In this document: one piece after another, positions 1 to 11,800 of the stretch
Layout of the letters: the number at the start of each line of letters is the position of its first letter
Numbering within the stretch: the stretch's first letter is position 1
Virus record (IMG/VR): IMGVR_UViG_3300032235_000808
Coordinates: 16,717-80,716 of that record
DNA: 64,000 nucleotides
From: a virus
Lineage: Duplodnaviria; Caudoviricetes
Strand: one strand, 5' to 3'
Notes under the pieces: generated by a model
Databases searched by the model: none
Told to the model about the DNA's origin: nothing
The model's input: only the letters and a program-made list of their open reading frames with translations
Made by a program: the position numbers and the translations under genes

Positions 1-894
1 ACCACATGTTGCTCTTGAGCCACCACCACCATCACCAGCACCACCTAATCCATCACTAGAACAGTGTTGAAATGACCCACCCTTACCATAAGCATCTCCA
101 GACCTCCATTCTGCCTGAACAGGACCACCGTTTACTTCACTAGCACCACTACCACCAGTTCCACACCATTGATTATTACCAATATCAGTTTCACAACCTC
201 TAATTCCGGTGTTACCTCCAGGTACCCATGCAATACCTCCTTTTATTAAATTACTATCCCATCCTGAACCACAGTCAAATTGTGCATCTTTACCATGGTT
301 ATATGAACCACCACCTCCACTGGCACTACCACATCCACAAAAATATGCTCTACCTCCATAAAATCCACCAACCCCATCTTGTACACCTAAAGTTCCTACA
401 ATTGCTGGTGCTTGATAGTTTGAACAAGCATCTCTACCTCCTCCACCACCTGAACCACCCTGACCACCTGTTAATGTATATCCACCACCATAACCACCAC
501 CATAGGCTGTTATTTCACCGAAACTTCCTTGTACTTTACTTTCACCACCAGTACCTCCGTGTCCTGGTGAACCTCCATTACCGCCTCCACCTCCACCACC
601 AACTGTGACAGTAATTGTGGTACCTTTTCTTACCGAATATCCACGCGCTTTTACGAATCCACCTGAACCTCCGCCACCTCCACCTTGGAAGCTGGCACCT
701 CTACCACCCCCACCTCCTCCAGCGAGGATATACATGTCAATCGTATAAAAATCACTATAACCCCAAAACTCACTCATTGAATCGGGAGTTCCTTTATTGG
801 CTGATGCACTTAATGTTCTTAATGAACCAGCACCTTCCGCTAATTCGCTTCTTATTTGAGATATCGAAATTGTTGTACTGTTAGGTAATGGCAT
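1..894 (-). CDS. Glycine-rich virion/tail-associated protein (runs off the window; not in ORF track)
   Basis: Manual translation from ATG at 894: MPLPNSTTISISQIRSEL...IDMYILAGGGGGGRGASFQGGGGGGSGG...; open to position 1. Confidence 0.75.
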   Translation of the reverse strand, partial: MPLPNSTTISISQIRSELAEGAGSLRTLSASANKGTPDSMSEFWGYSDFYTIDMYILAGGGGGGRGASFQGGGGGGSGGFVKARGYSVRKGTTITVTVGGGGGGGNGGSPGHGGTGGESKVQGSFGEITAYGGGYGGGYTLTGGQGGSGGGGGRDACSNYQAPAIVGTLGVQDGVGGFYGGRAYFCGCGSASGGGGSYNHGKDAQFDCGSGWDSNLIKGGIAWVPGGNTGIRGCETDIGNNQWCGTGGSGASEVNGGPVQAEWRSGDAYGKGGSFQHCSSDGLGGAGDGGGGSRATCG

Positions 895-916
895 AATATT
901 AATTAATTTTTATCTT

Positions 917-1309
917 TTATTCAATAATACCGTTAGAGTAATATTCTACAGTTAATAAATGGTTGTATACTTGTTCTTCAAGTGACAATGCGTTTTCAGA
1001 TTTGTCAAGATTAAATACAACATCCATATTAGTTATTTTTTCCAAATTAGGATAATTACTTATTTTTCCTGTATGATTACCGGTCAATAATCCTATCGGT
1101 GCTTCATTATTATCTTTGGCAATTTTACTTTGATAAACCAAAATAAATGGGTTTATATAATGACCCGCTTTCCAAAAAATATCTTTTGCGGTACTATTAA
1201 CATCTTCATCATTTGCCCTTATAAATTCATCATATTCCATAAACACATAATATGCGTTATCATATGATGTTATATTATTTAATGAATTATATATATTTGT
1301 TAATCCCAT
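917..1309 (-). CDS. Hypothetical phage protein
   Basis: 130 aa ORF preceded by TATTTAT motif (1329-1335), co-oriented with fibre genes. Confidence 0.7.
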   Translation of the reverse strand: MGLTNIYNSLNNITSYDNAYYVFMEYDEFIRANDEDVNSTAKDIFWKAGHYINPFILVYQSKIAKDNNEAPIGLLTGNHTGKISNYPNLEKITNMDVVFNLDKSENALSLEEQVYNHLLTVEYYSNGIIE

Positions 1310-1339
1310 TTTATTATTAAACTTATATATAAATATCTG

Positions 1340-2875
1340 TTATGAAACTTTTTTAATCATTTCAATTAGTTTTTTATTATCTATAGATGTTTTCAAAGCC
1401 TGTTCCACATTATACTTGTATGTTTCCATCCACTTTAAAAAATCACCGTTTAAATTATAGATTTCGTTTTCTTTTTTAAATATTTCTTTCGATATTAAAT
1501 TATTGTCAAGTCCAACACCAACTTCAATATAACTAATATTTGGAAATGTTTCAACAATATTTCTATCAAAAATATTTGGTGTACGTTCTTTCCAAGTTTT
1601 TAATTTTTTATCTAATGTCTTTGGTATAATTGTACTTTTCTTATAATCTTTCCAAAATGGTGTATCGTCTCTATCCGTTAAATAATGGTAATATAAGAAA
1701 TCTAAAACACTATCATTAAAGTTATTGAAATACTCATTATACTCCTCTCTAAATAAATCGGAAGGATATGTAAAATTCATTTTGGTTAGATATGTTAATT
1801 GGGATATTGCAATCCATATTGATGTGGCTTCAATTGGTTCTGTAAATCCGGCACTTAAACCGACAGATATACAATTTTTAATCCACACATCTTTAAATCT
1901 ACCAGCATTAAAATCAATTACTTTATTAATCTTAATTTCTTTACCAACCATTTCTTCCACCTCTTTCTTAGCTTCATCCACATTGATATAATTCTTATCA
2001 AAAATATATCCACAACCATATCTACTTTGTAATGGTATTTTCCACATCCAACCATATTTCATGGCAATTGCATCTGTGTGTGGTTGTATGATGTCATCTT
2101 CTTTATCTAAGAAGAATGGTATTGCACAATTAACTTTAAGTTGATTCTCATATGATATCCACTCACTCTCATAATGTTTACCGATGATTAATCTTTTAAA
2201 CCCGCTACAATCAAAAACAAAATCAATATTAGATACTGTTATGTCCTCAACTAAATTAATTGAACATATATTTCCGTCATTATCATTTTGAATATCTTTG
2301 ACTGTACCTTCAATTCTTTTTATACCTCTTTGTTCTGCTTTTTTTCTTAAAAATTTTGCCATTAAAGTAGCATCAAAATGATATGAATAACTTACTACCT
2401 TTTTGAATGTGTCATCGATATATAGATAAGGTGACCTATTATTATATGATAATAAATGGGTGATTAATCTGTCATCTAATTTTTCATCGTTTGCTATTAA
2501 ATTTGTAATAGTATAATTTGTTCCATTAGGTGTTAAACCAACTGATGTGACATTTCCTGATTTAACAATTTCCTCAAAATTTAATGATTTATCATCAACA
2601 CCAAAACCATGCATGTATTTTTCACCATTACCTCTCCAATTCTCAAAATTTATACCTAATTTAAATGTGGCATCGGTCTCCTTTATAATTTCTTCTTCAC
2701 TAATTCCTAAATTATAAAGAAAATATGGAAAAATGGGTACTGAACCTTCTCCAGCACCTAAAATACCAATTTCTTCACTTTCAATAAGTGTTATGTTATA
2801 ATCAGGTGCAATTTTGTTTAAATAGAGTGCGGTTAACCAACCAGCGGTACCGCCACCAACAATAACTAATTTCAT
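1340..2875 (-). CDS. Flavin-dependent halogenase (tryptophan halogenase family)
   Basis: GGGTAG FAD motif, GAGEG, ATFKLGI (catalytic Lys region), DCSGF, GWMWKIP (WxWxIP), F-T-EPIEATSI. Confidence 0.9.
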   Translation of the reverse strand: MKLVIVGGGTAGWLTALYLNKIAPDYNITLIESEEIGILGAGEGSVPIFPYFLYNLGISEEEIIKETDATFKLGINFENWRGNGEKYMHGFGVDDKSLNFEEIVKSGNVTSVGLTPNGTNYTITNLIANDEKLDDRLITHLLSYNNRSPYLYIDDTFKKVVSYSYHFDATLMAKFLRKKAEQRGIKRIEGTVKDIQNDNDGNICSINLVEDITVSNIDFVFDCSGFKRLIIGKHYESEWISYENQLKVNCAIPFFLDKEDDIIQPHTDAIAMKYGWMWKIPLQSRYGCGYIFDKNYINVDEAKKEVEEMVGKEIKINKVIDFNAGRFKDVWIKNCISVGLSAGFTEPIEATSIWIAISQLTYLTKMNFTYPSDLFREEYNEYFNNFNDSVLDFLYYHYLTDRDDTPFWKDYKKSTIIPKTLDKKLKTWKERTPNIFDRNIVETFPNISYIEVGVGLDNNLISKEIFKKENEIYNLNGDFLKWMETYKYNVEQALKTSIDNKKLIEMIKKVS

Positions 2876-2912
2876 ATATTAAATTATTTACATAATTTAA
2901 CAAAAAAAATTG

Positions 2913-3269
2913 TTAAATGGAAGGGTTATTGGGTGTTGTAACTGTTGCCCATGGTAATGGTAAGTTATATTCGGTTACAAATTGAACTGAATCATTATCT
3001 ATACGATTTTGAATTTCTGTTTTAAATTCAATAATATCAAGACTATTTTCCAACCATGATATGATAGTTTCTTGATTTATATTACTGTAATCAATAAAAG
3101 ATTCTGTATTTGGGGCCGGTAAATTTAACTTACCCGTAACAAAAGCGTTCACACCATCTTCTCTTGTACCTCTATAAACATATGTTATTGCACTAATAAC
3201 ATCACTCAAACCATCCAACGATTTTTGTGGGTGTAAATTCATAATTTCCCATTGATATATTGTTTCCAT
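2913..3269 (-). CDS. Small tail-fibre-associated phage protein
   Basis: 118 aa directly downstream of the collagen fibre; W...GLSDVI...FIDY...IISWL...LPW pattern resembles small proteins next to phage fibres. Confidence 0.6.
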   Translation of the reverse strand: METIYQWEIMNLHPQKSLDGLSDVISAITYVYRGTREDGVNAFVTGKLNLPAPNTESFIDYSNINQETIISWLENSLDIIEFKTEIQNRIDNDSVQFVTEYNLPLPWATVTTPNNPSI

Positions 3270-3270
3270 A

Positions 3271-6200
3271 TTAGTCTAAACCTACGTGTTTTTTAATTTT
3301 ATTTACTTCTTCAGTTAATTCTTTAATTGCCTCAATTAACAATGGTACAATCTTATCATATTTTACTGTTAAATAATTTTCGCCAGATTTTGAGGTTGTA
3401 ACACCATCTTCCGATGTGTCAAAATCAAATGGTGCTAACGATACTACTTCAGGTAAAATTGATTGTACTTCTTGTGCTGAAACACCGACTTGTAATTTAG
3501 CATCGTTATATCCAAAAGTTTTCGCTAAATCATTATTAACATAGTAAAAACCATTTAATTTGTTAACCTTATCTAACGGATTTTCAATTGGGCCTAAATT
3601 TTCTTTTAATCTTTCATCAGAATAATATGCTGTAATATCACTTGTAGCGGCTATTTGATTTGGAACATAAAAGGCTTTACCATTGTAGACTCTCACCCAA
3701 CTTGTATCTTGCATAAAAATACCACCATCATATGACCCATTGTACCAACCTGTAGCACCTTGACTTCTAAACCAGTTTGGTGCGTAAACCGTATCAAATG
3801 TTGGACCATTGTTGGTATTAACATATTGGTTCATTGCAGACGCATAAACGTTTGATGTACCTGAAGGTCCTGTTGGTCCTTGAGGACCTGTGTTACCATT
3901 TGTACCATTAGTACCTGAAGGTCCTTGTCTACCTTGTGGACCTACGGGACCTATTGGTCCTATTGGTCCTTGTGGACCTGCTCCACCAACGTTACCTGTT
4001 GGACCTGTATTTCCTTGATTACCCTGTGGGCCAGTTGGACCCGTGTTACCTATATTACCCTGTGGACCTACGGGACCTATTGGACCTTGTGGTCCTGTGA
4101 CACCATTGTTACCTGCAGGTCCTGTGTTACCTTGATTACCTTGAGGACCAGTTGGTCCTGTGTTACCTATATTACCCTGAGGACCTATTGGTCCTTGTGG
4201 TCCGGTTGCCCCCACATTTCCTTGGTTACCCTGAGGACCTGTAGCACCATTGTTACCATTATTACCCGCATTACCTTGGGGTCCTGTTGGTCCTGTATTT
4301 CCTTGATTACCTTGAGGTCCCGTGGCACCATTGTTACCATTGTTACCTGCAGGTCCTGTGTTACCTTGGTTACCTTGAGGTCCCGTGGCACCATTGTTAC
4401 CATTATTACCCGATGGTCCTTGTCTACCTTGAGGGCCTACGGGACCGATTGGTCCAATATTACCTTGTGGTCCTATATTACCCTGAGGGCCAGTTGGACC
4501 AGTATTTCCTTGATTACCCTGAGGTCCTGTGGCACCATTGTTACCATTGTTACCTGCAGGTCCTGTATTTCCTTGGTTACCCTGAGGACCTGTTGGACCA
4601 GTATTTCCTTGATTACCCTGAGCACCATTATTACCATTATTACCATTGATACCTGATGGTCCTTGTCTACCTTGAGGGCCTACGGGACCAATTGGTCCAA
4701 TATTACCTTGAGGACCTGTCGCACCAGTATTTCCTTGATTACCTTGAGGGCCTGTTGGTCCTGTATTTCCTTGATTACCTTGAGGACCCGTTGCGCCAGT
4801 ATTTCCTTGGTTACCTTGTGGACCTGTGGCACCTGTATTTCCTTGATTACCTTGGGGACCAGTTGGGCCTGTGTTACCTTGATTTCCTTGTGGTCCTGTT
4901 GGTCCTGTTGGTCCTGTATTTCCTTGATTACCTTGAGCACCGTTGTTACCATTATTACCTGATGGTCCTTGTCTACCTTGTGGACCGACAGGTCCGATTG
5001 GGCCAGTATTTCCCTGATTACCTTGTGGACCTGTCGGTCCTGTATTTCCTTGGTTACCTTGAGGACCTGTTGGTCCAACATTACCTTGAGAACCCACGTT
5101 ACCCTGAGCACCAGTATTTCCTTGATTTCCTTGTGGACCTAAGTTACCAAATGCACCTTGATTTCCTTGCGGACCTGTTAGTCCAGTATTTCCTTGGTTA
5201 CCCTGAGGACCTGTTGGTCCGACATTACCTTGCGGACCTGTGGCTCCTTGATTACCTTGTGTACCCACATTACCTTGAGGACCAAGATTACCAAACGCAC
5301 CTTGATTTCCTTGCGGGCCTGTTGGTCCTGTATTTCCTTGGTTACCTTGAGGACCTGTTGGTCCAACATTACCTTGAGGTCCACTATTTCCTTGATTACC
5401 TTGCGGTCCTGATGGACCTGTGTTTCCTATTGGACCTGTGTTACCCTGATTACCTTGAGGACCTGTTGGTCCTGTGTTACCCTGATTACCTTGTGGTCCA
5501 TTTGGACCTATATTTCCTTGATTTCCTTGAGGTCCTATAACCCCCTGAGCACCCGTTGGTCCTTGTGGTCCTGTTACGTTTGATGAACCACCCGCGGGAC
5601 CTGTTGCACCTTGATTACCTTGATATCCTTGTGGACCTATTGGTCCTGTACCACCTTGGTTACCTTGAAAACCTTGAGGACCGACGTTACCATTTAAACC
5701 GTTAGTACCTGTAGGTCCAGTATTTCCTTGATTACCCTGAGGACCTGTTGGTCCCGTTGTTCCCGCATTTCCTTGATTACCTTGTGGACCAGTTGGTCCC
5801 ACATTACCTTGAGGACCAGTAGCACCTTGATTTCCTTGAGTTCCCGCAGGTCCTGTGTTACCTTGATTACCCTGAGGTCCGGTTAAACCAGTATTACCTT
5901 GATTACCTTGTGGACCAGTTGGTCCAACATTACCTTGTGGGCCGACATTTCCTTGATTTCCTTGTGGTCCTGTTAAACCAGTATTTCCTTGATTACCTTG
6001 AGCACCTGTTGCACCCACATTACCCTGATTACCTTGTGGGCCTGTTGGTCCCACGTTACCTTGGGGTCCTGTTGGTCCTTGTGGACCACCCACTAATAAA
6101 TTTGTGGCAACACCTGCAGCAGTTTCAGTTAAATCAATATACGCACCTCGAGCGGAACCTCCTTGTTCAAAAATTCTTATTTTATTTTGGTAAGAGTCGA

Positions 6201-6390
6201 TTGTTATACCACTACCTGTAAGTGTGGTATTTGTCTCAGGTTTACCTAATAATAATTCTCCACCTTCGTCACCCCCAATTGCGTCTAGTGTTAATTTTCC
6301 ACCAGCACCACCACCAACCGATAAAGAACCGGTAATTACAGAATTATTTTTAGCAATGACACCATTGCGTGCCACAAATTCATTTGCCAT
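3271..6390 (-). CDS. Collagen-like tail fibre with C-terminal peptidase S74-type intramolecular chaperone
   Basis: About 740 aa of Gly-X-Y ([12 protein letters not shown]); then [12 protein letters not shown]; then [11 protein letters not shown]...GVSAQEV...[19 protein letters not shown]. Confidence 0.9.
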   Translation of the reverse strand: MANEFVARNGVIAKNNSVITGSLSVGGGAGGKLTLDAIGGDEGGELLLGKPETNTTLTGSGITIDSYQNKIRIFEQGGSARGAYIDLTETAAGVATNLLVGGPQGPTGPQGNVGPTGPQGNQGNVGATGAQGNQGNTGLTGPQGNQGNVGPQGNVGPTGPQGNQGNTGLTGPQGNQGNTGPAGTQGNQGATGPQGNVGPTGPQGNQGNAGTTGPTGPQGNQGNTGPTGTNGLNGNVGPQGFQGNQGGTGPIGPQGYQGNQGATGPAGGSSNVTGPQGPTGAQGVIGPQGNQGNIGPNGPQGNQGNTGPTGPQGNQGNTGPIGNTGPSGPQGNQGNSGPQGNVGPTGPQGNQGNTGPTGPQGNQGAFGNLGPQGNVGTQGNQGATGPQGNVGPTGPQGNQGNTGLTGPQGNQGAFGNLGPQGNQGNTGAQGNVGSQGNVGPTGPQGNQGNTGPTGPQGNQGNTGPIGPVGPQGRQGPSGNNGNNGAQGNQGNTGPTGPTGPQGNQGNTGPTGPQGNQGNTGATGPQGNQGNTGATGPQGNQGNTGPTGPQGNQGNTGATGPQGNIGPIGPVGPQGRQGPSGINGNNGNNGAQGNQGNTGPTGPQGNQGNTGPAGNNGNNGATGPQGNQGNTGPTGPQGNIGPQGNIGPIGPVGPQGRQGPSGNNGNNGATGPQGNQGNTGPAGNNGNNGATGPQGNQGNTGPTGPQGNAGNNGNNGATGPQGNQGNVGATGPQGPIGPQGNIGNTGPTGPQGNQGNTGPAGNNGVTGPQGPIGPVGPQGNIGNTGPTGPQGNQGNTGPTGNVGGAGPQGPIGPIGPVGPQGRQGPSGTNGTNGNTGPQGPTGPSGTSNVYASAMNQYVNTNNGPTFDTVYAPNWFRSQGATGWYNGSYDGGIFMQDTSWVRVYNGKAFYVPNQIAATSDITAYYSDERLKENLGPIENPLDKVNKLNGFYYVNNDLAKTFGYNDAKLQVGVSAQEVQSILPEVVSLAPFDFDTSEDGVTTSKSGENYLTVKYDKIVPLLIEAIKELTEEVNKIKKHVGLD
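3865..6087 (-). repeat. Collagen Gly-X-Y coding repeat ([12 protein letters not shown] triplets)
   Basis: 9-nt periodic repeats such as ccttgattacc and ggacctgttgg; boundaries approximate. Confidence 0.9.
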
Positions 6391-6398
6391 ATATTGTT

Positions 6399-6422
6399 AC
6401 TTTAGTTCACTGTCCCTAAAGT
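6399..6422 (-). promoter_or_regulatory. 5' leader hairpin upstream of collagen fibre gene
   Basis: Minus strand ACTTTAG-GGACAGTGAA-CTAAAGT, perfect 7-bp stem, 8 nt before ATG and downstream of TATTTAT motif (6439-6445). Confidence 0.5.
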
Positions 6423-6478
6423 GAGGGTTTATTAATTAATAAATATCGGAAAATACATAATTATCTTAATTCAAAATA

Positions 6479-6730
6479 TTAAATGTTATCTATTGATGAT
6501 GTCCATTCTTCAGTTGATAGTATCTCTAATATTTCTTCATGTGTATATGGTCCTTCTGTATTCTCTAAAGTAGATATAAATGAAGGTTGTTCACCTGACC
6601 ATTTTACAAATGTTTTTGAATTATCAACTGATTTTCTTACAGTTTCTTCTGAGGTTTCTAATACTTGACTAAAATCAACTTTAGAAAGTTCTGTGATTGG
6701 AAAAATGAGGTATTCTCTTGTGCTATACAT
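6479..6730 (-). CDS. Conserved hypothetical phage protein
   Basis: 83 aa, ELSKVDFSQVLETSEETVRKSVD...TFVKW...YTHEEIL; tightly packed in operon. Confidence 0.7.
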   Translation of the reverse strand: MYSTREYLIFPITELSKVDFSQVLETSEETVRKSVDNSKTFVKWSGEQPSFISTLENTEGPYTHEEILEILSTEEWTSSIDNI

Positions 6731-6731
6731 A

Positions 6732-7409
6732 TTATATTAAATTAAATCTTGATTTTAATGCGTTATAGTTTTGAAGTTGTTCCTCTGCAGATAATTGTCT
6801 ATTATACATATAAACCGATACCAATTTTCCTTGAAATCCTCTACCTGGATATCCACTTGCACCTAAATGATATGCAAAGTTAACAGGAAAATTTACACCT
6901 TGATTTGTTCTATATCCACCAAAGATATTCCAACCTGAAACTAATGTATTTGAAACTGTTCCATTTCTATAATATGTTGTAGCCGTTCCACTTGCCCAGT
7001 TATTTTGGTCTCCAGGATTTGATATATTCCAAGGACCGGTACCATTTACATTACCAAATCTTAAACTATTATCTTGTGAAACACTATTAGGGGTATCCGC
7101 AATTAATCCAGATATACCATTAGCTTGAGAATGAGTAAAATCCGGTTGAAATACTATGGTAACATCTAAATAATTTTGACTAATTGTAGAAGAAATATAG
7201 TTTCCATCACCCGCCGTGGCAAAATTAAAATAACTTTTTGGACCATCATTTACAAAAGCCACACTTCCATTTATGGTTCCGTGTGCATTATTTCCTGATA
7301 AATCGTACCATGTTGTTCCATTACCTGGGTATGAATTTTTATCAGTAGCATCTAACGCTAATATTAACCCATTCGTTACTATTTTTCCATTTGCATATTG
7401 TACTGCCAT
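6732..7409 (-). CDS. LamG/concanavalin A-like lectin domain virion protein (paralog 1)
   Basis: IVTNGLILALDA..SYPGNGTTWYDLSGN N-terminus; YNRQLSAEEQLQNYNALKSRF C-terminus. Confidence 0.8.
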   Translation of the reverse strand: MAVQYANGKIVTNGLILALDATDKNSYPGNGTTWYDLSGNNAHGTINGSVAFVNDGPKSYFNFATAGDGNYISSTISQNYLDVTIVFQPDFTHSQANGISGLIADTPNSVSQDNSLRFGNVNGTGPWNISNPGDQNNWASGTATTYYRNGTVSNTLVSGWNIFGGYRTNQGVNFPVNFAYHLGASGYPGRGFQGKLVSVYMYNRQLSAEEQLQNYNALKSRFNLI

Positions 7410-7415
7410 ATATTT

Positions 7416-8111
7416 TTATCTTAATCCAAATCTTGATTTTAATGCGTTATAGTTTTGTTGTACTTCTGTTGCAGATAGTGTTTTGTTGTAAACTTTTGCA
7501 GATGCCATTGAGCCAGAAAACCAACCACTGCCGAAGTTACTTCGACCCATATTTAAACTAGCCGAAGTTACTAAAGGTGATAGGGCCATTGACCCCGCAC
7601 CCATTAATACACCATTCACATAAACACTTGAGGTTTGGTTAGTATAGTTAAAAGTATTAACAAAATGATACCATGAACCTGTAGTAATTGTTCCTCCACC
7701 GATGTCAGTATATGTTGGTGTCCCATAAAATGAAGCGTAAATGTTATTTCCTCTAACAACTATTGAATATGTACCTCCATTAATTGCGGATTGTGCAGAA
7801 TTAATTAAGGTTCCATTTGAACCTGTGGTAAAATTTGCCCAAAATTCGGTAGTAAAACTACTACTAATTAAACTAAAATTTGAATTGGGTAAAGTGTTCA
7901 ATGTAACATAATCATTTGTTCCATCAAATACTATTGTACCTCCTTTAGTTGAGTTATAGGTTGGTCCATTGGTCAATGTCCCATTATTTACCTTCCCACT
8001 AACGTCTTTCCATGTTAAACTACCACTGATATAACTATTTTGGTCACTAGCATCTAAATCTAACACTAAACTTGAATCTCTTACAATATTTGGTCCTGCA
8101 GATATTCCCAT
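7416..8111 (-). CDS. LamG/concanavalin A-like lectin domain virion protein (paralog 2)
   Basis: LVLDLDA...FDGTNDYV...WYHFV...YVNG...VYNKTLSATEVQQNYNALKSRF. Confidence 0.85.
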   Translation of the reverse strand: MGISAGPNIVRDSSLVLDLDASDQNSYISGSLTWKDVSGKVNNGTLTNGPTYNSTKGGTIVFDGTNDYVTLNTLPNSNFSLISSSFTTEFWANFTTGSNGTLINSAQSAINGGTYSIVVRGNNIYASFYGTPTYTDIGGGTITTGSWYHFVNTFNYTNQTSSVYVNGVLMGAGSMALSPLVTSASLNMGRSNFGSGWFSGSMASAKVYNKTLSATEVQQNYNALKSRFGLR

Positions 8112-8112
8112 A

Positions 8113-8808
8113 TTATTTTAAATTAAATCTTGATTTTAATGCGTTATAGTTTTGTAGGATTTCTGTTGCTGATAAAGCACGATTGTAGACTGTAACTTGT
8201 GAGATATTTCCGTTCCAATATTCACCCGGTAAATTAAACTGTGGTGCTTCTAACCCCCACCTACCTAAATTATACACAGTGTTACCAGTAAAAAGGCCAG
8301 TAGCAGTCCTAGAAGATATAAAACTTCCGTTTTGGTATACAGATTGCAGCAGACTTGAATTAAGAGTACATGTTAAATAAGTAAAATTTGCACTAGTATT
8401 AGATAAAGTAGTAACTAAACCACTAGTATATAAGTCAAATCTAAATGATGTTGTGCTAGATACAAATCTAAGATGAATTGATTTGTTGTTAGAAGCTTCA
8501 GTACCAAGAGAAAACACGATTTTATTGGATGAGATATTTCCTGTTTTTAACCAGATACCTATTGTAAATTCACTGTTTGATAGTGAGGTGGCAAGACTCC
8601 CAGATATATAATCATCAACCCCATCAAACACAATACTACCACCATTTGTTGAACTATAAGTTGGCCCATTTGTTAATGTTCCATTATTTCCATTACCACT
8701 CAAATCGTTCCATACCGTTCCGGTACCAGAATAACTATTTCTATCCGCAGCATCTAATGATAATATTAAACCACTTGTTACAATTTTAGGACCATTTCCA
8801 AATGCCAT
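8113..8808 (-). CDS. LamG/concanavalin A-like lectin domain virion protein (paralog 3)
   Basis: Start revised to MAFGNGPKIVTSG (ATG overlaps upstream TAA); FDGVDDY...YNRALSATEILQNYNALKSRF. Confidence 0.85.
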   Translation of the reverse strand: MAFGNGPKIVTSGLILSLDAADRNSYSGTGTVWNDLSGNGNNGTLTNGPTYSSTNGGSIVFDGVDDYISGSLATSLSNSEFTIGIWLKTGNISSNKIVFSLGTEASNNKSIHLRFVSSTTSFRFDLYTSGLVTTLSNTSANFTYLTCTLNSSLLQSVYQNGSFISSRTATGLFTGNTVYNLGRWGLEAPQFNLPGEYWNGNISQVTVYNRALSATEILQNYNALKSRFNLK

Positions 8809-11800
8809 TATAATAGATTTACAAAACTTTTTATTGTCCAACCAGTGGTTGGTAACACAGTAGATAATACAACATTTCCCGTACTTAGTGAAGCGGTTAA
8901 TGCAACGTTGTCTGTTGTTCCAATATCAGTTGTTGAATTTTCTGTATACGTTATTGAATTTCCGTTCCAAACAGCTATTAATTGACCAGCTCTAGCGTTA
9001 GAACCTGATGCCAATGTATAATTGTAAAATACCGATGTAAATGAACTTGTTGCGTTGGTTGATATTGTTTGGGTACCTGAAGCCAATGACGCAATATTTT
9101 GATTTACTAATTGAGATGAACTAAGAATTATTTGATTAGTTACTCTCAAACTACCACTAATATCCGCCTTATATATTGGTGTTTCTGTACCAAAACCAAC
9201 CATTGATTGTGAAACAAATAACGCCTTTTGACCAAATTGTCCTATACGTACTGTATTATCTGAGAATCCTTCCATTAATGGTAGACCCGCAGCAGTATTA
9301 ACTGAGAATAATGAACCTGATAATGAATCATCTATTTGGAATAGACGACCTGAAGTTCCATCCACTGTGAATACACCTGAACCACTACCAATTAACGATG
9401 CCGCAACTCCTGAACTTGATACAAACAATGAACCTGTTATTGCTTCACTACCACTAATGTTAAGTGAACCTGTAACTTTGTGAATGTCAGTAGAAATGTT
9501 ACCAATTGTAACACCGGTTTGATTCACTTGTAATTCGGTTGAACCACCAATCGATACTCCTAAAATACCATTTAATGTTTGACTACCCGATATATTTAAA
9601 GAACCTGTAATTTTGTGAGTGTCAGTAGAAATGTTACCAATTGTAACACCTGTTTGATTAACTTGTAATTCGGTAGAACCTCCAATTGTGACATTTAAAT
9701 TACCAATTAACGTTTGACTACCTGAAATATTAACCGAACCCGTGAATTGATGAGTATCATCTATAGTATCACCAAATTTAGTTGAACCTGATGAGAATGA
9801 TGTGGTTAAATATGTAACAGAAGATGAGACAATAAATTGTTGTGCAATTAAATTACCTTGAACGGTTAAATCTCCCGTTATTGTACCACTACCAATAACA
9901 TTTAATGAACCTGTAAGTGATGATGAACCACTTACGTTTAATGAACCGGTAACAGTTTGATTACCGTTGAATACATTTGACCCAGTTATTGCAAAACCTA
10001 AGTTACTTATTTGTGAACTACCACTTACAATATCTGATGGTATACCTGTTAACCCACTATATATAACTTGTGAAGAACCTGATACTACACCGTCAGAATT
10101 TAATTTATTTTTAATAGTTGTATCAATAGAACTGCTAAATGTATTTAAACTACTTGTTACACCTTCAATTGAATCTAATCTATTGTTTTGTGCTAAATTG
10201 GTTGATGCCACTGATGATGATAATTCACCTATGCTTGAACTTAATGAACTACTAAATGTTGAGTATCCTGTTGTTCCTGTAATTTCAATTTGTGAAGAAC
10301 CTGATACCAATGGTGTTGTTTCCGAAACTATGGTTCCCGTAACTATTAAAGAACCAGTAATAACTTGAGATTGTTTAAAGTGGTTTGAACCTGTTGTTGC
10401 ATAACTACCTGTGACACCTTCAATTGAATTTAGTCTATTGTTTTGTGCTAAATTGATTGATGCTACTGAAGATGATAATTCACCAATACTTGAGCTTAAC
10501 GAACTACTGAATGTTGAATAACCCGTAGTTCCTGTAATTTGAATTTGTGAAGAACCTGATACTAGTGGTGTTGTTTGTGAAACAATGGTTCCTGTTGTTA
10601 AAAAAGAACCAGTAATTTCTGTATTAGAATTTATACTAACGTTTGTACCATTGTCGGTAATATTACTATCTATTAGGTGTTCAATACCGGTCCCTTTTGG
10701 GATTCTATTTTGTGTTAAATAAGTTTCATTTCCTAAATCACCATAAGTCTCGGGTCCCAATAAGAAAACGGACGATGTTACAATCCCTTGGGATTGATGA
10801 ATAAATATAAATTCGTCTTTTTGTGAATCAAACAAAAACGAACCTGAAACTTGTGGATTTGACCCACTATCAACAACCGCCAATCCACCATATCTAACGC
10901 CAGGATTAGATGCGTTAAGTTTAATAATATTGGTTGATATATCTAACTGTGACGATGTAACATAAACAATAGAAGATGAGCCTAATACCGTTAAATCCTG
11001 TGTGATGATAACCGACCCAGAAACGGTTTGACTACCATAAAAAGTATTAGAGCCCGTTGTTGCGTAAGTTAAATCCGTTAATAACGCACCATTACCTTTA
11101 AATGTACCACTAATGATACCACCATCATAAACGTATAGATTACTACCACTGTTTAAGATTAATGAACTATTTTCAGTTAACGCTAATGTTGCATCAAATG
11201 TTGCAGAACCTGAGGAAACAATTAATGAACCTGTAATTTGAGTATTTGAATTAATACTTACAGTCGTTCCATCATCACTTATGTTTGAATCAATTATATG
11301 ATGTTCGTCATCCGCTTTTGGAATACTATTTGTCGTTAATCCATATTCTTGACCTAAAGACCCCGTATTTCTAGGACCCATGATAAATAACGAAGAACTA
11401 TATGTATCATGATTTGGTACAACTTCCACCCATCTATCTTCTAATGTATCCCACGCTAACGATGCGGTTTCATTTACACCCTCATAATCTAAAACTTTTA
11501 TACCACCAAATCTACCTAAAGAACTTGTGGTTGTTACTGTAATCCAGTTATCGTTTACCAATAATGTGGACGCTGTTACATAATTATAATACGCAGTACC
11601 TGAAACGGTTAAGTCACCCACAATAGTTGCCTCACCTGTAACTTTTAATGTACCGGTAATTTCTGTATTAGTGTTAATTCTTAAACCTTCAGTATTTGAA
11701 ATAGAAGCAGTTGCATTACCATCCGCAATTCTTGCCGTATTTAACCCCGTAACACCACTTATTGGTATATTATAAAGTCCAGCACCATTTCCTGTAAATG

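Noticed and set aside
228-6424. Plus-strand His-rich and LDYLE-type ORFs, and alternative-frame ORFs in the collagen region
   Set aside because: Shadows of glycine-rich and collagen minus-strand genes
6732-8808. Diversity-generating retroelement acting on the LamG C-termini
   Set aside because: No reverse transcriptase in the window and no template/variable repeat pair with adenine-specific mismatches
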